From Chloroflexota bacterium (lineage in GTDB: Bacteria; Chloroflexota; Limnocylindria; Limnocylindrales; CSP1-4), in assembly GCA_003158295.1 (NCBI GenBank), contig PMIP01000043.1, positions 230 through 64,229 of the forward strand: 64,000 bases of DNA. The letters are read 5' to 3'. Shown one piece after another: positions 59,080-64,000 of the stretch. Each line of letters begins with the position of its first letter. The stretch's first letter is position 1. Position numbers and translations under genes: made by a program. The notes beneath the pieces are model-generated. The model was not told where the DNA came from and ran no database searches. It saw only the letters and a list, made by a program, of their open reading frames with translations.

Positions 59080-60099
59080 ATGCCAGCGATCACAGTCCCC
59101 GACATCACCATCCTGCCGCGTATCCATGCGCCGGATCCGGTGATCGCTCGCGAGCGCCCCGTTCGAAGCTTGACGACCGCCCCAACCGGGCTCGAGGGGG
59201 AGGGCTTTCCGGTGCACCGAGCCTTCGCCGGCGTCGATCTCGGAGATCTCGACCCGTTCGTCCACCTCGATCAGATGGGTGAAGTGGAATACGCTCCGGG
59301 TGAGCCCAAGGGCACGCCGTGGCATCCGCACCGCGGTTTCGAGACCGTGACGTACATGATCGACGGCACGTTCGAGCACCAGGATTCCAACGGTGGCGGA
59401 GGCGTGATCACCAACGGCGACACGCAATGGATGACCGCCGGTGCCGGGATCCTGCACATCGAGAAACCGCCGGAGTGGCTCGTCGTCAGCGGCGGTCTCT
59501 TCCACGGCTTCCAGCTCTGGGTGAACCTGCCGCGGGCCGAGAAGTGGGCTCAGCCGCGCTACCAGGACCTCAGGGCCGGGGAGGTGGCGCTTGTGACTTC
59601 GCCGGACGGGGGCGCGCTGGTCCGCATCATCGCCGGTGAGATCGACGGCCACAACGGGCCTGGCTCGACATACACGCCGATCAACCTCGCCCACGCGACA
59701 CTCAGCCCGGGCGCCCGCCTGTCGCTCCCCTGGAGAATGGACTACAACGCTCTCGTCTACGCCATGGCGGGGCGCGGCACGGTCGGCGTGGAGGCTCGGC
59801 CGATCCAGTCCGGGCAGCTCGCCGTCTTCGGGCCCGGCGACGCGCTGACCGTGGCCGCTTCGCAGGTCCAGGACGGCCGAAGCCCGAACCTCGACCTCCT
59901 CATCCTCGGCGGCCGGCCGATCCGGGAGTCCGTCGCCTGGATGGGCCCGTTCGTCATGAACACCCGCGAGGAAGTGATGCAGGCCTACACCGACTACCAG
60001 GCCGGCCGCCTCGGGACGATCCCGGCCGTCGCGGCGGTCCACCACACGCCGACGACGGTCGTCGAGTCCGGCGAGCGCCCAGACGGCAGCTCCGCCTGA
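59080..60099 (+). CDS. Pirin-family (bicupin) protein
   Basis: 339 aa from ATG 59080. EGEGFPVHRAF...GTPWHPHRGFETVTYMIDG... Confidence 0.88.
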   Translation: MPAITVPDITILPRIHAPDPVIARERPVRSLTTAPTGLEGEGFPVHRAFAGVDLGDLDPFVHLDQMGEVEYAPGEPKGTPWHPHRGFETVTYMIDGTFEHQDSNGGGGVITNGDTQWMTAGAGILHIEKPPEWLVVSGGLFHGFQLWVNLPRAEKWAQPRYQDLRAGEVALVTSPDGGALVRIIAGEIDGHNGPGSTYTPINLAHATLSPGARLSLPWRMDYNALVYAMAGRGTVGVEARPIQSGQLAVFGPGDALTVAASQVQDGRSPNLDLLILGGRPIRESVAWMGPFVMNTREEVMQAYTDYQAGRLGTIPAVAAVHHTPTTVVESGERPDGSSA

Positions 60100-60144
60100 A
60101 CGCGGCCTGGTCCGCGCCGGCCCGTCCCCGCGATCGAGCTGCAG

Positions 60145-61563
60145 CTAGCGGACTTCCACGGGGGCCGGAAGCTCGTCGAGACCGTGGGTCGTCTTCTCCC
60201 AGAACGACGGCGCGGTCACGAGCTGGACCGCCGCCTTGGTAACCGCCAGCGACATCAACATCCAGTACAGCGGGATGATCGTGGCCGCCAGGACCAGGTG
60301 CCTGGACCCTGCGATACGTGCGCTCACCAGCCAGCTGTAGAAGAGCGAGACGTTCCCGACCACCATAACCGCCAGGCTCAGGTAGTAGAGCCAGGCCGGG
60401 AACAGCGCCAGGATCACCGGCGGGTGGACGAGGAACCACAGCGCGGTCAGGGCCCAGAAGACCGGGTTGATGAGCGACAGGAGCGGGGTTCCGGCGATGA
60501 ACAGGTTGAAGCCGATGAACCCCCGAACTCCCAGCTCGCGAGCCAGCGCCATCGGGTGCCGCATGTGGACCAGCCACGTCTGCAGGTAGCCCTTGTACCA
60601 GCGTGAGCGCTGCTTGACCCAGTTGATGACGTCGCTGTTCGCCTCCTCGAGCGTGACGCTATCCAGCACCCGGGTCTTGTACCCGCGACGCGCGAGCCGG
60701 ATGCCCAGGTCCGCATCCTCGGTGACGTTGTATGGATCCCAACCACCCACCTCGCGCAGGATGTCGTTGCGAAAGTGGTTGGAGGTGCCACCCAACGGCA
60801 GGGGTCCGCGCTGGGCGACGAGGCCGGGCAGCAGGTTCGAGAACCACATGCCGTATTCGATCGTGAACCAACGAGTCAGCATGTTCTGGTCGGCGTTGTA
60901 GTAGGAGAGCTTGGCCTGCAGACAAGCCACGCTCTCGTCGAGCCGCTCAAAAGCCACGACAGCCCGGCGCAGCTGGAGCGGCTCCGGTCGATCCTCGGCG
61001 TCGTAGATCGTGACAAGCTCACCACGCGCGGCCGACAGGGCGTAGTTGCAGGCCTTCGGCTTCGTCTTGGGCTGGGAGTCGGGGACGCGAACGATCGTGA
61101 ACTGCGGCCCAGGGTTGGTAGCGAGGGCCGCGGCGATCGTCTCGGTGTCTTCCTCTTCGAGGAGCAGCCGTATGTCCAGCTTGTCGGGCGGGTACTCGAG
61201 CTCGGTCAGCCGGGCGATCAGTGCCGCGATCACGGACGGCTCACGGTAGGCCGGCACGAGCACGGTGTAGACGGGCAGCCATTCGTCGGGGAAGGCTCGC
61301 GCCTCTTCGTCCGAGACGCTGACGATCTCCGGGCGCCTCATCGACAGCCAGAAGGCGGTCATGCGGTATACGAAGGCCGCCATGTACGCCAGCGTCGCGA
61401 CCGCGATCAGCCCGATGGCAGTGGCCAGCGGCTGGATCACCGCGACGACCGCCAGAACGGCGAGGCAGGCCACCGCGACCATGGCCTGCTGGCGCGTGAT
61501 CGTCTGTGCGGCGGTCTGGTCGTATGGGATGGCAAGCCCGTAGGCAGGCGTTCGGCTTCTCAT
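60145..61563 (-). CDS. Processive family 2 glycosyltransferase with flanking TM helices (cellulose/chitin/PNAG synthase-like)
   Basis: 472 aa. The motifs are YDAEDRPEP and QRSRWYKG (QxxRW). There are 2 N-terminal and ~4 C-terminal TM helices. The ATG lies 7 nt after the exosortase stop. Confidence 0.88.
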   Translation of the reverse strand: MRSRTPAYGLAIPYDQTAAQTITRQQAMVAVACLAVLAVVAVIQPLATAIGLIAVATLAYMAAFVYRMTAFWLSMRRPEIVSVSDEEARAFPDEWLPVYTVLVPAYREPSVIAALIARLTELEYPPDKLDIRLLLEEEDTETIAAALATNPGPQFTIVRVPDSQPKTKPKACNYALSAARGELVTIYDAEDRPEPLQLRRAVVAFERLDESVACLQAKLSYYNADQNMLTRWFTIEYGMWFSNLLPGLVAQRGPLPLGGTSNHFRNDILREVGGWDPYNVTEDADLGIRLARRGYKTRVLDSVTLEEANSDVINWVKQRSRWYKGYLQTWLVHMRHPMALARELGVRGFIGFNLFIAGTPLLSLINPVFWALTALWFLVHPPVILALFPAWLYYLSLAVMVVGNVSLFYSWLVSARIAGSRHLVLAATIIPLYWMLMSLAVTKAAVQLVTAPSFWEKTTHGLDELPAPVEVR

Positions 61564-61570
61564 GGGAGGC

Positions 61571-63226
61571 TCACTGCTGGGTCGCCGGATCGGCGGTTTG
61601 GGCTGGGTAGTTCATGGCTAATCCCACGATCTGGCGGGCCACACCCGTGAGAGCGGATTGAGCTGCCCGGAAGGTGGCGCTTGAGGTCGTCGCGCCCGGC
61701 TGGTCCGGTGGCGCCAGCGGTGCCAGCAGGACGAGCCGCTCGAAGCGGGTCTGGCCGCCGGCGTTGTAGGGCCACTCCCACCACAGGACGGTCCAGTCGG
61801 TGCCGCCGATCGGGCTGCGGAAGCTCGCCATCTTGGCGTCCACTCCGGCGCCCACGTCCTCGGACACTGACGACACCTGGCTGAAACCGTGGAAGTTGTA
61901 GCAGGCTTCGACTCCGTATGAGGCGAGGGACCCGGAGTCATCAGTGCGGATCACGTCCAGGTAAATGCTCCCCGGTCCGGTTCCGTTGGGATCGGTAGAG
62001 CCGAAGCCGACGCGCTCCCAGGTCCCGTTCTGGCCGAAGTACTGCGTGGCCTGGTCGTTAGAGACGGGCGCCGAACCCTGCCAGCCGGCGATCGAGACCG
62101 CGGACGGATCGATCGTGCCCAGGGTGGGGCTGCCGAAGGCGTTGACCAGCGAGTCATAGTGGGCGAAGCTCGCATTGGGGATGGCCAGCATTGCAGCCAG
62201 GGCTAAGCCCACCGCGATGGAGTAGGCCGGCTGGCGGGCATGGCCCAGTCGCGGTGCCGACGCAGGGCGGGCGAACCGCGTCCTGGCTTCCGGCGAGGTT
62301 GCTTCGGCGCGCTGCGGGCGCGGGATGTGAAGTCCGAAGACCGGAGCCAGGCCCAGCATCGCCAGGGCGCCGACGCCGAAGACCACGATCCCCGCAACGG
62401 GGTGCAGGACGTCGATGGCGAACGACTCGCCCAGCGCCCAGCCGGCCACGAAGATCAGGTCTATTCGGGCCACGTTGAGAAGACCCACCAGCAGCAAACC
62501 GGCCGCCATCCATAGAACGCGACGCCACAGGCTGCCCCGGAAGATGGTGTTCAGGGCGCCTCCCAGGATGATGAACCCGACCAGGCTGTTGATGCCGCTG
62601 CAGGCCGAGCCGACGGCGAGGCTGAAGTCGGTCCCGTTGTGGTCGATGAGAAACGTCCCCTGGCCCAGCGGCTGGGCGACCGGGATCACGTGGAGGGAGG
62701 CTCCAACGACGGCGAGCGCCAGGTCGGTGGAGGTGCCGATGGCCGAGGCCAGGACCGATACGTACGGATCCGGCCAGGCGAGCAGAAGGAAGAGGATCGC
62801 CCATCGCATCGCCCACAGACGCCTCACTCCGTAGAACAGGGCGACCAGGCCCGCGGCGAAGAACGGCAGACCGAGCATGTCGAGGCGGTGCAGCCAGTAA
62901 TCGGCCGAGTACGCGGACGGGAGCAGAATGCTCACCACCGCGGCCACGACGATCAGGAGCAGGCCGATTATCCAATCGAGCTGGCGGTCGTGAATCGGCC
63001 GAAGGTTCGGTTGAAGCTTGAAGTTGGCGGCACCGAGCAAGAGGGCGATCGGCGGCACCAGAGCGAGGTATGCCAGAGGCGTCTGCTGTCCAAGGCCGCG
63101 TGTCAGCGTCTGGAGCGAGTAGTTGTAGGCGAGCGTCACCGACGCCACGAGAGCTATCGCTCGGACGGGAATCCATTCCAGCGACAGTCTCGGGACGCGA
63201 ACGGCGGGCAGAGCGGTGGCTTCCAA
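61571..63226 (-). CDS. Exosortase-family transpeptidase fused to an EpsI-like C-terminal domain
   Basis: 551 aa. The ~8-TM core carries the Cys/Arg/His contexts AVGSACSGINSLVGF, LLNVARIDLIF and DVLHPVAGIVVF. An extra TM helix follows, then a ~200-aa domain with YGVEACYNFHGFS (EpsI-like PExC...G motif). TTG start. Confidence 0.8.
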   Translation of the reverse strand: MEATALPAVRVPRLSLEWIPVRAIALVASVTLAYNYSLQTLTRGLGQQTPLAYLALVPPIALLLGAANFKLQPNLRPIHDRQLDWIIGLLLIVVAAVVSILLPSAYSADYWLHRLDMLGLPFFAAGLVALFYGVRRLWAMRWAILFLLLAWPDPYVSVLASAIGTSTDLALAVVGASLHVIPVAQPLGQGTFLIDHNGTDFSLAVGSACSGINSLVGFIILGGALNTIFRGSLWRRVLWMAAGLLLVGLLNVARIDLIFVAGWALGESFAIDVLHPVAGIVVFGVGALAMLGLAPVFGLHIPRPQRAEATSPEARTRFARPASAPRLGHARQPAYSIAVGLALAAMLAIPNASFAHYDSLVNAFGSPTLGTIDPSAVSIAGWQGSAPVSNDQATQYFGQNGTWERVGFGSTDPNGTGPGSIYLDVIRTDDSGSLASYGVEACYNFHGFSQVSSVSEDVGAGVDAKMASFRSPIGGTDWTVLWWEWPYNAGGQTRFERLVLLAPLAPPDQPGATTSSATFRAAQSALTGVARQIVGLAMNYPAQTADPATQQ

Positions 63227-63353
63227 TCAATCCCCTTTGGGAGTGGCCGCGGAGGGTGGCCCGCCCCGGACGCGAATGCCGCGGAGCGGGCCACAACCTG
63301 AAGATCCTGAGGAAGATTCCGGCGTCGGATCGCGACGCGAGGTTCAACCCGAG

Positions 63354-63854
63354 CTAGGCGATTCGGGTCCAGTGGGGAAGCGGCAGCCGGATACCGGTCA
63401 CGCGCATTCCAACCAGGCCGACGACTGGGAGCGCCCCGATCATGAGAAGCGCCGATGACGGAGCTTCAGGGACCCGGAACCCACACTCGTCACGGTTGAG
63501 TATTCGCGACTTGATCCCGCCACCTTCGACCTCGAATTGGGAGAAGGGGCCCTTCTCGTCGAACGAGAAGCCATACGAGGTCTGGCCCTTGACGACGTGG
63601 ATGACCGTCGAGTCGGACGCAGAACCCCATTTGCCGGGCCCCTTGCTCCCGTACTCGTAGACGGTGAAGATCCCGCTCGTCCCGTTGGGGACGTTCAGGG
63701 TGCCGTAGATATACACGCCGCTGCCCTTGTCGGGGGTGCCCCAGATCGAAATGGATCCGGACTGTGGGCCACCTCCGCCGGCTGCAAGCGCCGGCACGGC
63801 ACTCAGCAGGACAAGGCTGAGGGCCGCTATGACCGTAATGGCTACCTTTCTCAT
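63354..63854 (-). CDS. Secreted protein with a PEP-CTERM-like (VPEAP) C-terminal sorting signal
   Basis: ATG 63854 lies after GGAGGAAAC. The signal peptide is MRKVAITVIAALSLVLLSAVPALAAGG. The C-terminus is FRVPEAPSSALLMIGALPVVGLVGMRVTGIR (motif, TM helix, basic residues). Confidence 0.75.
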   Translation of the reverse strand: MRKVAITVIAALSLVLLSAVPALAAGGGGPQSGSISIWGTPDKGSGVYIYGTLNVPNGTSGIFTVYEYGSKGPGKWGSASDSTVIHVVKGQTSYGFSFDEKGPFSQFEVEGGGIKSRILNRDECGFRVPEAPSSALLMIGALPVVGLVGMRVTGIRLPLPHWTRIA

Positions 63855-64000
63855 GTTTCCTCCAACAACCGGCCCATGCGCGTCGCGATGAGCCATCTCT
63901 ACTCCGGCCAAAGGCTCCGTTCGTCTGGCCTTCTGGTCCGGTCCGTCAATCCCTAGGCTGTAGTTACCCGGCCGCCCTGAGGTCACGGCCCTGGGGTGAA

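Noticed and set aside
1-64000. Mobile elements, prophage, rRNA/tRNA genes
   Set aside because: I found no transposase, integrase or recombinase-like ORF, no terminal inverted repeats flanking a gene set, and no cloverleaf-compatible or rRNA-like stretches when reading through intergenic regions. This was an unaided visual scan, so small elements could have been missed.

Overview
The window is a GC-rich bacterial chromosomal segment with about 60 protein-coding genes. I found no rRNA, tRNA, CRISPR array, transposase or integrase. Many genes are joined by 1-4 nt start/stop overlaps (ATGA, GTGA, TGATG), which suggests long operons.

Gene content from left to right:
- 536-19675 is a single minus-strand block. 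It holds rph-rdgB, mazG, a parvulin PPIase, a GT4 glycosyltransferase, and a complete five-gene WbpA/B/E/D/I-like set (predicted UDP-2,3-diacetamido-2,3-dideoxy-mannuronate pathway). It continues with a tail-anchored repeat protein, rmlA-B-D-C, mreB-mreC and radC.
- Next is an ABC-2 exporter plus TetR operon with a near-consensus promoter and a palindromic operator.
- A minus-strand envelope block follows: a CPBP protease, several zinc-ribbon membrane proteins and UPF0182.
- Then guaA, a rhodanese, and cobalamin-dependent metH, which is interrupted by one in-frame TAG.
- Then a SAM methyltransferase, an SbcD/SbcC-like (YhaO/YhaN-type) pair, an MFS transporter, a citrate synthase, a MarR regulator and an orphan MCP.
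- Then a GAF histidine kinase with a NarL-type regulator.
- The regulator pair is followed by a ferredoxin-GltD-like oxidoreductase translationally coupled to two paralogous membrane proteins of unknown family, and a pirin.
- At the right edge is a compact exosortase-EpsI fusion, processive GT2 and PEP-CTERM-like (VPEAP) substrate module.

The best candidates for uncharacterised biology are the exosortase module, the oxidoreductase/membrane-paralog operon with its palindromic NarL-like site, the zinc-ribbon membrane protein cluster around UPF0182, and the amber-interrupted metH.

All calls come from reading the ORF translations and the DNA by eye. No searches were run. Start codons are my best reading, and the ORF track prints alternative starts (GTG/TTG) as M.
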